Position numbers and translations under genes: made by a program. Shown here one piece after another: positions 22,362 to 31,413 of a stretch of 64,000 nt of DNA (positions within the stretch are counted from its first letter, which is position 1; every line of letters starts with the position of its first letter). The notes under the pieces are model-generated. The model did no database searches. It worked only from the letters and a program-made list of their open reading frames with translations, and was not told the DNA's origin. This DNA comes from Candidatus Eiseniibacteriota bacterium. GTDB taxonomy: Bacteria > Eisenbacteria > RBG-16-71-46 > JABDJR01. The stretch lies in contig CAVXKA010000002.1 in assembly GCA_963762255.1 (NCBI GenBank), positions 672,001-736,000 of the forward strand, written 5' to 3'.

Positions 22362-22387
22362 AACGGACAGTTCCCCGATAGGCTCGA

Positions 22388-23845
22388 TCAGCGCATGAGT
22401 AGGAGCTTCCGGGTGAGCTTCTCCCCCGCCACCTCCAGGCGGTAGAAATAGATCCCCGACGGCATGGAGTCCGGCGACGTCGCATCGAGCGTCACCCGCT
22501 GCAAGCCGGGTTCCATCGGCGCGTTCACGATGACCCTCACCAACCGGCCCTGCACGTCGAAGAGGCTCAGGCGGACGGGCACTGTAGCTGCCCCGTCCTT
22601 CGCCGCGGGAACCTGGAACGAAATCTCCGTGCTCCGGGTGAACGGGTTCGGCGAGTTCTGGAGAAGTCTCGGAGTCGGCGAGAGGTCGCCGTCATCCAGA
22701 CCGCCCTGGCCGGTCGGGAAGATCTTGAATCCCTCGGGGGCGCGCGTCTGCAGTGTCGCCATCACGATGCCCCTGCTGGGGATGTTCCAAGTGAGGTTGG
22801 CCCCCGAGAAATAGGGCTCGTTCACCACCGGATTGATCGAGAGCAGCGGGTCGATGGGCACGCCGAGGGGAATCACATTCCCGTAGTCACTTATCGCCCA
22901 TGCGTCCCCGGTGAAGACGTCGATGACGGCGAAATCCAGCAGGACCCCCGCAGGCACACAGGTCGAGTACACGCCGGGAGCGGGATCTAGACCATCCGAG
23001 AAATCCCATGCGCCCTCGTCGGTCATGAAGCCAAGCCTCAGCACTTCGGGCGCGGCCATCAGCTCGACGGTAATTGTCACCCAGGTGCAATCTGGCTTGA
23101 ACTCCTCCGGCCAGCCGGTGCCGCCAAAGACCGGCATGACATTGAAGTTCTGCTTCTCATCCTTGGCCCTGTAGGGCTTGTACGAATGGCCGTTCGTGAT
23201 GTTCCTGATCTTCTGCTGCTTGTCGGCCTCGGTGAACGACCGATTGTCCTGAGCTCTCTGGCTTGCAGGCACGAGGGTTCCGTCACAGTTGACGTCCCCG
23301 GGATTCCTCGAATGGCCGGCTCCGCGAAGGATGTGATCGAGTTCGTGCGCGGCATTCTCCCCGATCGCATTGGAGCGGGCGGTCGAGTTGCTGAACCACG
23401 TCGAGACGTTCGGATCCGCGGTGAACTCTCCACCGTAGATGTTGGCCGTAGTGCTCCAGGCCTCCCCCCACACCAATCCATCCCCGGTCACGGTATCCCG
23501 ATCCGGAGTGATATTGAGCTGGTGATAGGACCCCGTCGTCGGCTTGACCGTCGTGAAGTTGATGAGCGTGGAGGCGAAGCCGTACTTGCTCTTCAGCGTC
23601 TCCATGACCATGCCTCGCTCGGTCGCGTTCAGCCAGTTGGACTGCATGCTCACATAGACGGTGATGACCGCACCGGTGCCCGGCTGGAGCATCATCCGGT
23701 CGGAGCGGGAGAGAGGAACAGGCGGCGAGAACCCGGGGGCGGGGCCGGACCACGCGGGGTCACGTCGACCCAGGTCGGCCGTCGCCGGAGCCGCGAGAAG
23801 GACGAGGGCGAGAGGGATCAGCAGGGCGATCGCGAACCAACGCAT
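22388..23845 (-). CDS. Secreted putative zinc metalloprotease with T9SS/FlgD-Ig-like C-terminal domain
   Basis: Signal peptide; AAHELDHILRGAGH (HExxH); C-terminus QNSPNPF…FDVQGRLV…SGIYFYRL…TRKLLLMR. Confidence 0.8.
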   Translation of the reverse strand: MRWFAIALLIPLALVLLAAPATADLGRRDPAWSGPAPGFSPPVPLSRSDRMMLQPGTGAVITVYVSMQSNWLNATERGMVMETLKSKYGFASTLINFTTVKPTTGSYHQLNITPDRDTVTGDGLVWGEAWSTTANIYGGEFTADPNVSTWFSNSTARSNAIGENAAHELDHILRGAGHSRNPGDVNCDGTLVPASQRAQDNRSFTEADKQQKIRNITNGHSYKPYRAKDEKQNFNVMPVFGGTGWPEEFKPDCTWVTITVELMAAPEVLRLGFMTDEGAWDFSDGLDPAPGVYSTCVPAGVLLDFAVIDVFTGDAWAISDYGNVIPLGVPIDPLLSINPVVNEPYFSGANLTWNIPSRGIVMATLQTRAPEGFKIFPTGQGGLDDGDLSPTPRLLQNSPNPFTRSTEISFQVPAAKDGAATVPVRLSLFDVQGRLVRVIVNAPMEPGLQRVTLDATSPDSMPSGIYFYRLEVAGEKLTRKLLLMR

Positions 23846-23915
23846 GCGCTACCCCCTATATTGGGGCACCCCGTGGGGGCCAAACCATGGCTCCGTACAG
23901 ATGCGATACATATAT

Positions 23916-23944
23916 ATAGTATTTCGGTTCTTGCCGCAGGTCAA
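23916..23944 (-). promoter_or_regulatory. Sigma70-like promoter
   Basis: TTGACC-N17-TACTAT on the minus strand, in an AT-rich patch upstream of 23845. Confidence 0.55.
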
Positions 23945-24014
23945 CGCATATGGCGGGGTCGTGCCGAGGATTCCCGCCGCCCGATGGACTCAATACAAGA
24001 CTAATTGCATCGTG

Positions 24015-25802
24015 TTAGTCGGTTTTGACGGTACGGACGCCATCCCCCGATCCTCGGCGCCGCACCCCCTCCAGGGCGCGCTTCAGCCCCTGTGCGTATG
24101 GAGCATCCGGCTCGCCCGCGAGAACTGTCGCCAGTTCCTCCTCGGCACGGTCGAGATCTCCACGCCGATCGGCGTCCTCGAGATATAGCTCGAAGTGGCA
24201 GCGGGCCAGTACGTACCTCGTGAAAAGCAGATCGGGAAAGCTGGCCAGCACCCGATCGAGGGGGTCGATGCACTCCTCGTAGCGGGCCGCCTCGTAGTCC
24301 GCCTTCACCTGATTGAGCATTCGGCTCGCCTCCCCGAAGGGAACCGTGCGATCGATCCGTGGATCCTGCTGCTCGGCGAGACGTCGATACGATTCCAGGT
24401 CTCGGAGGAAGGAGCGCGATTGCATGACTGAAGGAGCCCAGGACGGGTCCCGAGCGGTGAGAACGAGCGTCGCCCCCATCACTCCCATGGCGCCGAGAGC
24501 ACGCCACCGGCGCCCGGAGCGGAGCGTCGCCGCCAGCCAACACAACCCGGCAGCGGCGAAGATCGCCAGGTAGGGCACGATGAGAAGCCGGAAGCGGGCA
24601 AGAACGATGAACGCGATCGTCTGCAGGAAGATGAGCGCCATGAACACGTACAGGGGCAACAATTCCCTGCGGCGTCTCGCCGTCACGATCATTCCCAGGA
24701 TCGCGAAGGGCAGAAGAAAAGCGTACGAGGTGAACGGAAGCCGCAGCCCGGCGACCACGTTTCGGGCGTGGTAGAAGTTCACGTTGTTGGGAACCTCGTA
24801 GTCCCTCCAGAAGGCGCGCGTCTTCCTCCACCAGAGATTCGCGAGTCCTTCCGGCGCACCGGCATGGGCTTTGAAGACCTCGATGACGGTGGCCGGGAAC
24901 TGGTTCTTCGTCTTCCACACCGTCTCCTTGGTGGAAGGAGGAAGGTGAAATCCTACCGACCCCTCCACCGCAGTGTCCGGCGCGTTCCCGGAGATGAACG
25001 TCACCGGTCCCCGCGTGTCAATCTGGAGCAGCGGTTGACCCACCTCGGCGTTCCTCGCCGCGAGCAACCCCAGAGGAACGGCGAAGAGAAGCGCGTAGAC
25101 GGCGATGAACCTCAGGCGCTCGCGCCACACCTTCGTGGCGACGAGGACAAGGATCACCGCGCCCAGCCAGTACGCCGACGGTTTGGCCAGCAGGTCGATT
25201 CCGGCCACGAAACCGGCCGCCGCCCAGAGAGCCGCCCGCTTGCGGCTCATCGCGGCCAGGAGGGTGAGGAGCGCTGCGAGGTTGAGGAGGGTGAGGAGTG
25301 TCTCGCGGAGCAGGGTCATCTCGAAGAAGATGAAGGGACCGTAGACGGCGGTGATCAAGGCGGCAAGCAGAGGGATCCAGCCCGGGAAGAACCGGCGCGC
25401 GACGAGATAGACGAGCAGCACGCGCACCACCCCGAGAAGGAGCTGCGCGGCGTACGCGCGGTCCGGGTTCACCCCGGCGACTGCATAGATGGCCCCCACG
25501 AAATAGCCGTAGAGAGGGGCCTGATAGAAGGCGCTCGGCCCGCCGTACCACGCCACCCACTGCTCGGCGGGCGCGATGACGCGGGCCCAGGAGTGGCAGG
25601 GCAGAAACGCGTTCCGGTACAGGATGTCCCCGCCGGCAATACGAACACCGAATTGATGCCACGTGAAGTTGTCGAGTTCCGTGAAGTGCGTGTAGTCGAG
25701 CGGCATCTTGGACGTGAACTCGGCGAATATCGCGGCCCTCAGCAGCGCCGCCAACAGGAGGATCGCGCCGAGGAGAGTCCAGTCACGGCGACTTGGGTTC
25801 AC
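24015..25802 (-). CDS. GT-C (ArnT/PMT-like) glycosyltransferase with C-terminal TPR
   Basis: Motifs FYQAPLYGYF, LLRETL, KP, GNAP, EVPNN and ARFRL. Many TM helices and a TPR-like tail. Confidence 0.8.
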   Translation of the reverse strand: MNPSRRDWTLLGAILLLAALLRAAIFAEFTSKMPLDYTHFTELDNFTWHQFGVRIAGGDILYRNAFLPCHSWARVIAPAEQWVAWYGGPSAFYQAPLYGYFVGAIYAVAGVNPDRAYAAQLLLGVVRVLLVYLVARRFFPGWIPLLAALITAVYGPFIFFEMTLLRETLLTLLNLAALLTLLAAMSRKRAALWAAAGFVAGIDLLAKPSAYWLGAVILVLVATKVWRERLRFIAVYALLFAVPLGLLAARNAEVGQPLLQIDTRGPVTFISGNAPDTAVEGSVGFHLPPSTKETVWKTKNQFPATVIEVFKAHAGAPEGLANLWWRKTRAFWRDYEVPNNVNFYHARNVVAGLRLPFTSYAFLLPFAILGMIVTARRRRELLPLYVFMALIFLQTIAFIVLARFRLLIVPYLAIFAAAGLCWLAATLRSGRRWRALGAMGVMGATLVLTARDPSWAPSVMQSRSFLRDLESYRRLAEQQDPRIDRTVPFGEASRMLNQVKADYEAARYEECIDPLDRVLASFPDLLFTRYVLARCHFELYLEDADRRGDLDRAEEELATVLAGEPDAPYAQGLKRALEGVRRRGSGDGVRTVKTD

Positions 25803-28690
25803 GGCTTGCCCCGCTCGGCGACGTGCGCGGCGTACGCCGCGCTGGCAGGGTCGAGACGCGCTGCCATTTCCCAGGCGCGGGCCGCCTCGTCGCGGCGACC
25901 CAACCGATCCAGAGCCCGGGCGCGCGTATCGTGGTACGAAGCGCGCGTGCTGTCCACGCCGACGGCCGCGTCCGCCCAGCGCAGCGCCTCTTCGGAAGCG
26001 CCGCCCGACCCGTCGATCCGCCGCAGCAGCAGCCAGGCCAGAGCGTTCATCCCGTCACCGTGCTTCTCGTAGAGTCCGAGCAGGTTTCGCAACGTCCTCT
26101 CCGCTTCATCGAGCCGGTCGCGTTCGAGCAGGAAGCGTCCGTAGCGAAAGAGGTACTCCGCGTGCTTGGGTTGCGCAGCGAGAGCGGCGGTCATGGCCTG
26201 ATCGGTCTCCGTCATCCGCCCGAGAGATTCGTAGAGGAGCGCCGCGCGGAATCGATGCGCGGCCGACACGTCCGATCGCTCCGAAAGTACCGCCAGCGCG
26301 CGCAGCGCGGGCTCGGTCCGTCCCTCGTCGACGTCCAACTGAATCAGGTCCAGGTCCAGCGTGACCGGATCGAATCGGGACTTTCGCGCTTCGCTCAGAA
26401 GCGAGCGGGCAAGCCCTCGGTTGCCCCGCGCGCGCTCGAGTTCCGCTCGAGCGGCGAGAACCTCTCCCGATGCCGGACGGACGGTCCATGCGCGACGTAG
26501 CTCACGCTCTGCCCTTGCGAGATCGCCCGCCGCGATGTGGACCCGGGCCAGATGAAGAGCGGTCACGGGATCCGTCGCCCTCAGCGCACGCGCCTCGACC
26601 AGGGCCGATTCCGCCTTCGCGACGTGGCCCAGGGCGAGCTCGGCTAGACCCAGAACCTGCAGGACGTCCACCGCGTATCGGTTCCGCTCGAGTGCCTGAC
26701 GCGCCTCGTCGGCCGCCTCGCGGTGGGCCCCCCGGCGCAGGAGGTGCTGGGCCAAGGCTCCGCGCGCGAAAGCGCTGAGGGGGTTCAAGCTCGCCGCCGC
26801 CGCGAAGTTCGTGTACGCCTGATCGGTCCGCCCGATCTCGTCGCAGATGAGGCCGAGATAGACATGGCTCTCGATGTCCCACGGGCGTGCGGACGCGGCC
26901 ACGCGTTCGTACCGGCGGCGCGCATCACCGGCGCTCCCACGATCCCTTTCCAGGAGTCCCAGGAAGTACTCCGCGGAAAGAGCCGTGGGGTCGAGGTTCA
27001 GCACGGACTCGAAAGCCGCCGCGGCCCTGTCGACGTTGGCCGCCGCATAGTGGGCGACCCCGGTCTGCACGCGTGCGTCGAGATGAAGCGGTGCGATGTC
27101 CGCGCAGCGTCGAAACGCGTCGATCGCCTCGACGTATCTCCCCTCCTGCTGGCAGAGCCGGCCCAGTCCATAATGTGCGCCTGCATCGTCGGGATCGAGC
27201 CGGACCGCCTCGCGGAAGCGCCGTTCCGCATCCACGAAATCGCCCCGGCCCATGTGGGCGTAGCCCAGCTCGCCGATCGCCTCCGGGTTTCCGGGGAGGA
27301 TCTCGAGGGATTCCTCCAGGCGTTCGATGGCTTCGTCATGGCGGCCGATCTGGCTCAGGTACCGGCCATAGTAGAGATGCATCCGCGAGCTGCGCGGGAC
27401 CACGTCCAGGGCCGCGGCAAAGAGCGTGGCGTCGTCCCGCCAGTCCCGGCTCCGCTCCGCGGTTCGCGCACCGTAGAGTGCGAGCAGGACTCCAAGCGCC
27501 CCCCATCCGAGTGCGCGTCGTCGCGGCCGCGCGAGCCATTCGAAACCGAGCGCCAGGATCACCGCAAATCCCAGGGTCGGGAGGTAGAGGAGACGCTCGG
27601 CGAGGATCGTCCCGATGGGAACGATCAGGTTGGAGACAGGCAGGAGCGGCCCCAGGAGCAGCACCGCTCCCACGAGAAGCGCGTGATGGCGCCCGAAGGA
27701 CCGCAAGAGGAGCCAGGCGCCGGCGAATCCTACCGCGAGGGCCGCCAGCACTCTGACATTGAGGAGACTGACCAGAGGCGGGATCTGACTGTAGGAGTAG
27801 TCGGCGCTCAAGCGCAGCGGAAACGCGAGAAGCGCCGCATAGCGACCCAGGACATAGAGCGCACTGCCGATCCGCTGCGCGGCGGGCAGATCGTAAAGCG
27901 GATTGTCCATGATGCTCACCGCGGCCGGGCCGCCTGTCTGCTGCGGACCGAGTACAAGAAGGCGCAGGAGGCCGACCGCCAGCAGGGCCACCCCGTAGCC
28001 CGCGTAGACCGGCCAGGCGAATCGGCGGGCCGGCGGCCCCGACGCCGCACGCGGCGCGGCTCGCGCCGACGCTTCGATCACGACGGCCAGAAGCGGGAGC
28101 ACGACGGCGGATTCCTTGGTGAGGAGTGCGAGCAGGTAGGCGACGGAAGCACCGATCAGACGGCGACGTCCGCCGGACTCGATGTATCCGAAGTGGAAGA
28201 GCAGGGCAACAAGCGTGAAACCCGCGCTCAAGATGTCGGCGCGCCCGACGATCCCGGATACCGCCTCGACGTGGACGGGGTGCACGGCAAAGATGAACGC
28301 GCCGACGGCGGCGGCCGCTCGGCGCTTGATGAGCGCGAGCAGGAGAGCATAGGCGAGCAAAGACACGACGGCGTGCAGCGCGATATTGACCGCGTGGAAG
28401 CACGCGGGTCGGTAGCCCCAGAGCGCATGGTCGAACGCATAGGTCGCGATGACTACCGGCCGGTAGAGGCCGGCGTCGGCATTCTCCGCGCCCCAGTAAC
28501 CGGTGCTGAAGATGCGCGGGAGATTCTCGATGCTTCGGATGAGGGGGTTGCCGGCCACGATGGCGTTGTCGTCGTAGACGAACCCGTTTCGAAGCGTGTT
28601 CGCGTAGGCGGCGGCGCAGAGCAACAGGATGATGGCGGCCACCAGAAGGTGCCGCCTGGCGCCTGGTCTGATTTCCGGCTCCGCCATCAT
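25799..28690 (-). CDS. TMTC-like O-mannosyltransferase (GT-C plus long TPR array)
   Basis: Motifs FVYDD, LYRP, HPVHVEAVSGIVGRAD, KESA, LSADYS and AERLLYLP, followed by many TPRs. Confidence 0.88.
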   Translation of the reverse strand: MMAEPEIRPGARRHLLVAAIILLLCAAAYANTLRNGFVYDDNAIVAGNPLIRSIENLPRIFSTGYWGAENADAGLYRPVVIATYAFDHALWGYRPACFHAVNIALHAVVSLLAYALLLALIKRRAAAAVGAFIFAVHPVHVEAVSGIVGRADILSAGFTLVALLFHFGYIESGGRRRLIGASVAYLLALLTKESAVVLPLLAVVIEASARAAPRAASGPPARRFAWPVYAGYGVALLAVGLLRLLVLGPQQTGGPAAVSIMDNPLYDLPAAQRIGSALYVLGRYAALLAFPLRLSADYSYSQIPPLVSLLNVRVLAALAVGFAGAWLLLRSFGRHHALLVGAVLLLGPLLPVSNLIVPIGTILAERLLYLPTLGFAVILALGFEWLARPRRRALGWGALGVLLALYGARTAERSRDWRDDATLFAAALDVVPRSSRMHLYYGRYLSQIGRHDEAIERLEESLEILPGNPEAIGELGYAHMGRGDFVDAERRFREAVRLDPDDAGAHYGLGRLCQQEGRYVEAIDAFRRCADIAPLHLDARVQTGVAHYAAANVDRAAAAFESVLNLDPTALSAEYFLGLLERDRGSAGDARRRYERVAASARPWDIESHVYLGLICDEIGRTDQAYTNFAAAASLNPLSAFARGALAQHLLRRGAHREAADEARQALERNRYAVDVLQVLGLAELALGHVAKAESALVEARALRATDPVTALHLARVHIAAGDLARAERELRRAWTVRPASGEVLAARAELERARGNRGLARSLLSEARKSRFDPVTLDLDLIQLDVDEGRTEPALRALAVLSERSDVSAAHRFRAALLYESLGRMTETDQAMTAALAAQPKHAEYLFRYGRFLLERDRLDEAERTLRNLLGLYEKHGDGMNALAWLLLRRIDGSGGASEEALRWADAAVGVDSTRASYHDTRARALDRLGRRDEAARAWEMAARLDPASAAYAAHVAERGKP

Positions 28691-28866
28691 CGTCTTCCCG
28701 GGGAAGGACTCATCGGCCTCGTCTCGGCGGCTCGGGGTGAACCCGCCTGGGACATTCTAGTACGGCACGGGGGCCGAGTTCTTCATGAGAAGCGATATGC
28801 ACTATCAGTCCGTCTCGCCTCCATTCCCGTAGCTTTCGGCGGGTGGCGTCCCGTACGATTGTGCCC

Positions 28867-29760
28867 ATGAAATCTCGGATACCCGTCTACCTGCTCGTCC
28901 TCCTGTCTCTGCTGCCGTCGACGGCCGGGGCCTGGGGCGGTGACGTTCACCGTCTCATCAACCGGTCGGCCGTGGGGTGCCTGCCCGCGGACTTCCAGGC
29001 CTTCAGCCAATGGGCGGGGACTCTCGAGCAGCTCTCCACCGCTCCCGACGAGCGCAAGGACTATGTGAGCACGGAGGGGCAGCGCCACTACATCGACATC
29101 GACGATTACCCCGAGTTCTTCGCCGGCACCCTACCCCATGACTACCAGACCATGGTCGCCAGCTACGGCGCCTACAGGGTGATCGGCAATGGGACCCTCC
29201 CCTGGGCCATCGACGAGACGTACCGCAACATGGTGGCCGCGTTTCAGGCGCAGAACTGGACGGAGGCGGTGAGGCTCGCCGCCGACATCGGCCACTATGT
29301 GGGGGACCTGCACAATCCGCTCCACGATACGACCAATTACGACGGAGATGAGACCGGGCAGAGCGGCATCCACTCCCGCTTCGAATCCAACATGACGCGT
29401 ACCTACATGAGCTTTCTCACCCCGAGGCCGGAGCAGGCGCCCGTGGTGCACAACGTGCTCGACACCTCCTTCGACTGGATCGACGAGATCTATCCCGGGG
29501 TGAAGGTGATCCTCGACGCGGATTTAGAGGCCAAAGTGGAGTCCGGGGGAAGCACTAGGAGCACCGTGTACTACCAGACACTCTGGTCGGAGGTCGGCCA
29601 GTACACGGCCCTCTGGATAGAGAGCGCCACCGTCCGTGTCGCCTCGCTCTGGTACTCCGCGTGGATCGAGGCCGGCTCGCCCCTGCTCCCGGGGACGAGC
29701 CCCGTGCAGTCCGTGACCATCGGCCGGCTCAAGACAATGTTCCTGGTTCCCCGCCGTTGA
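28867..29760 (+). CDS. Secreted S1/P1 nuclease or zinc phospholipase C-like protein
   Basis: Signal peptide then WGGDVH, PD, HYIDID, GHYVGDLHNPLH and IHSRFE zinc-ligand motifs. Confidence 0.85.
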   Translation: MKSRIPVYLLVLLSLLPSTAGAWGGDVHRLINRSAVGCLPADFQAFSQWAGTLEQLSTAPDERKDYVSTEGQRHYIDIDDYPEFFAGTLPHDYQTMVASYGAYRVIGNGTLPWAIDETYRNMVAAFQAQNWTEAVRLAADIGHYVGDLHNPLHDTTNYDGDETGQSGIHSRFESNMTRTYMSFLTPRPEQAPVVHNVLDTSFDWIDEIYPGVKVILDADLEAKVESGGSTRSTVYYQTLWSEVGQYTALWIESATVRVASLWYSAWIEAGSPLLPGTSPVQSVTIGRLKTMFLVPRR

Positions 29761-29880
29761 CCTTTTGTGGTACAAGCGCCGGACGCAGATGATCGGCGAT
29801 CCCCCGCATGGGGGCGGCGAGGCCTAGGCCGGAGCCGTCGCGGGGGCCGCCCCGGCTCCAACGCAGGACAAGAGGCCGCC

Positions 29881-31404
29881 ATGACGACACCCTCCCACGA
29901 AGCCGCCAACCAACGCGAGGGGCTCTGGTTCTTCGGATTCCCCCTCGGCTATTGGATGCTCAACGTCATCGAGATGTGGGAGCGCATGGCCTTCTTTCTC
30001 GTCCGCAGCGTGGTGGCGATCTACATCATGCAGGCGGACGAGGTCAACGGCCTCCACTTCACCGCCATGCAAAAGGGGACCATCTACGCCTGGTGGGGAG
30101 TCTTCCAATCCATCCTGCCGATGATCACCGGCGGGTACGCCGACCGCTACGGCTACAAGAAGACGCTGGTGTTCTCGGTGACCGTCAACATCCTGGGCTA
30201 CGTCCTCATGGCCTACACCCGCAGCTTCTGGGGATTCTTCGCGGCGATCATGGTGCTGGCCACCGGCACCGCGTTCTTCAAGCCGAGCTTGCAGGGATCC
30301 CTCGCGCAGAACCTGACCAAGGCGAATTCCTCGGTGGGCTGGGGCATCTTCTACTGGATCGTAAACGTCGGAGCCGCCGCCGCGCCGCTCCTCGCCGCGT
30401 TCATCCGCCACGAGTACTCTTGGCGCATCCTCTTCCTCACCGCGGCCGGCATCACCTGCCTCAACTACGGGATGCTCTTCACCTTCAAGGACTTTCAATC
30501 CGGCGCCGACAAGACCCGCAATCCGCTTCAGGTCTTCTGGTACACGCTCAAGAACATCTTTCAGCTCCGCCTGATCGTCTGGCTTCTCATCATGTCCTGC
30601 TTCTGGCTGATGATGTATCAGCTCTGGGACCTCCACCCCAACTTCATCACCGACTGGATCGACAGCTCGCCGCTGGCCGCGACGCTTCAGGGATGGAGCT
30701 TCGTCCCGCAGAGCTGGATCACGATGACCGCGCGCGGGCCGCAGGTGCCGCAGGAACTTCTCCTGAACCTCAACGCCGCCCTCATCGTGATCCTCATGAT
30801 TCCCGTCTCCTGGGCGGTCCGTAAGATGCGCACGCTCTCGGCGATGGTCATCGGCATGTGCGTGGCGACGGTCGGCATCCTGGTTTCGGGGCTCACCGTC
30901 AGCGGCTATGTGTTCCTCCTCGGCGTTGTCTTCTTCTCACTGGGCGAGATGCTGACCGGCCCCAAGAAGAACGAGTACCTCGGCCTCATCGCCCCTCCCG
31001 GGAAGAAGGGGCTCTACCTCGGCTACGTGAACATCCCGGTGGGCATCGGCCTGTACGTGGGATCCAGCCTCGCCGGCTACCTCTACGGCAACTTCGGCGA
31101 CAAGTCGGTTCTCGCCCAGAAGTACCTCATCGAGCACACGCCGTTCGGCGCGGACAAGCTCCCGTTCTGGAAGGGGGGCGTGGGGCAGCTCGAGGGCGTG
31201 CTCGGGGTGCCGCGCACCGAGGCCATGGCCAAGCTCCAGGAGGTCCTGGCCATCGATAACGTCGCGGCCACACGGCTGCTCTGGGATACATACAGCCCGC
31301 AGTACCATGTTTGGCTGCCGTTCGCGGCGATCGGGGTTGTGGCGATCATCGCCCTCATCATCTTCAACCAGATGGCCAGGCGCTGGTCGGACATGAACGC
31401 CTGA
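29881..31404 (+). CDS. MFS transporter, POT/peptide-like
   Basis: Motifs EMWERMAF (ExxER), [13 protein letters not shown] and FYWIVNVG. Confidence 0.88.
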   Translation: MTTPSHEAANQREGLWFFGFPLGYWMLNVIEMWERMAFFLVRSVVAIYIMQADEVNGLHFTAMQKGTIYAWWGVFQSILPMITGGYADRYGYKKTLVFSVTVNILGYVLMAYTRSFWGFFAAIMVLATGTAFFKPSLQGSLAQNLTKANSSVGWGIFYWIVNVGAAAAPLLAAFIRHEYSWRILFLTAAGITCLNYGMLFTFKDFQSGADKTRNPLQVFWYTLKNIFQLRLIVWLLIMSCFWLMMYQLWDLHPNFITDWIDSSPLAATLQGWSFVPQSWITMTARGPQVPQELLLNLNAALIVILMIPVSWAVRKMRTLSAMVIGMCVATVGILVSGLTVSGYVFLLGVVFFSLGEMLTGPKKNEYLGLIAPPGKKGLYLGYVNIPVGIGLYVGSSLAGYLYGNFGDKSVLAQKYLIEHTPFGADKLPFWKGGVGQLEGVLGVPRTEAMAKLQEVLAIDNVAATRLLWDTYSPQYHVWLPFAAIGVVAIIALIIFNQMARRWSDMNA

Positions 31405-31413
31405 TCGGGTCGG

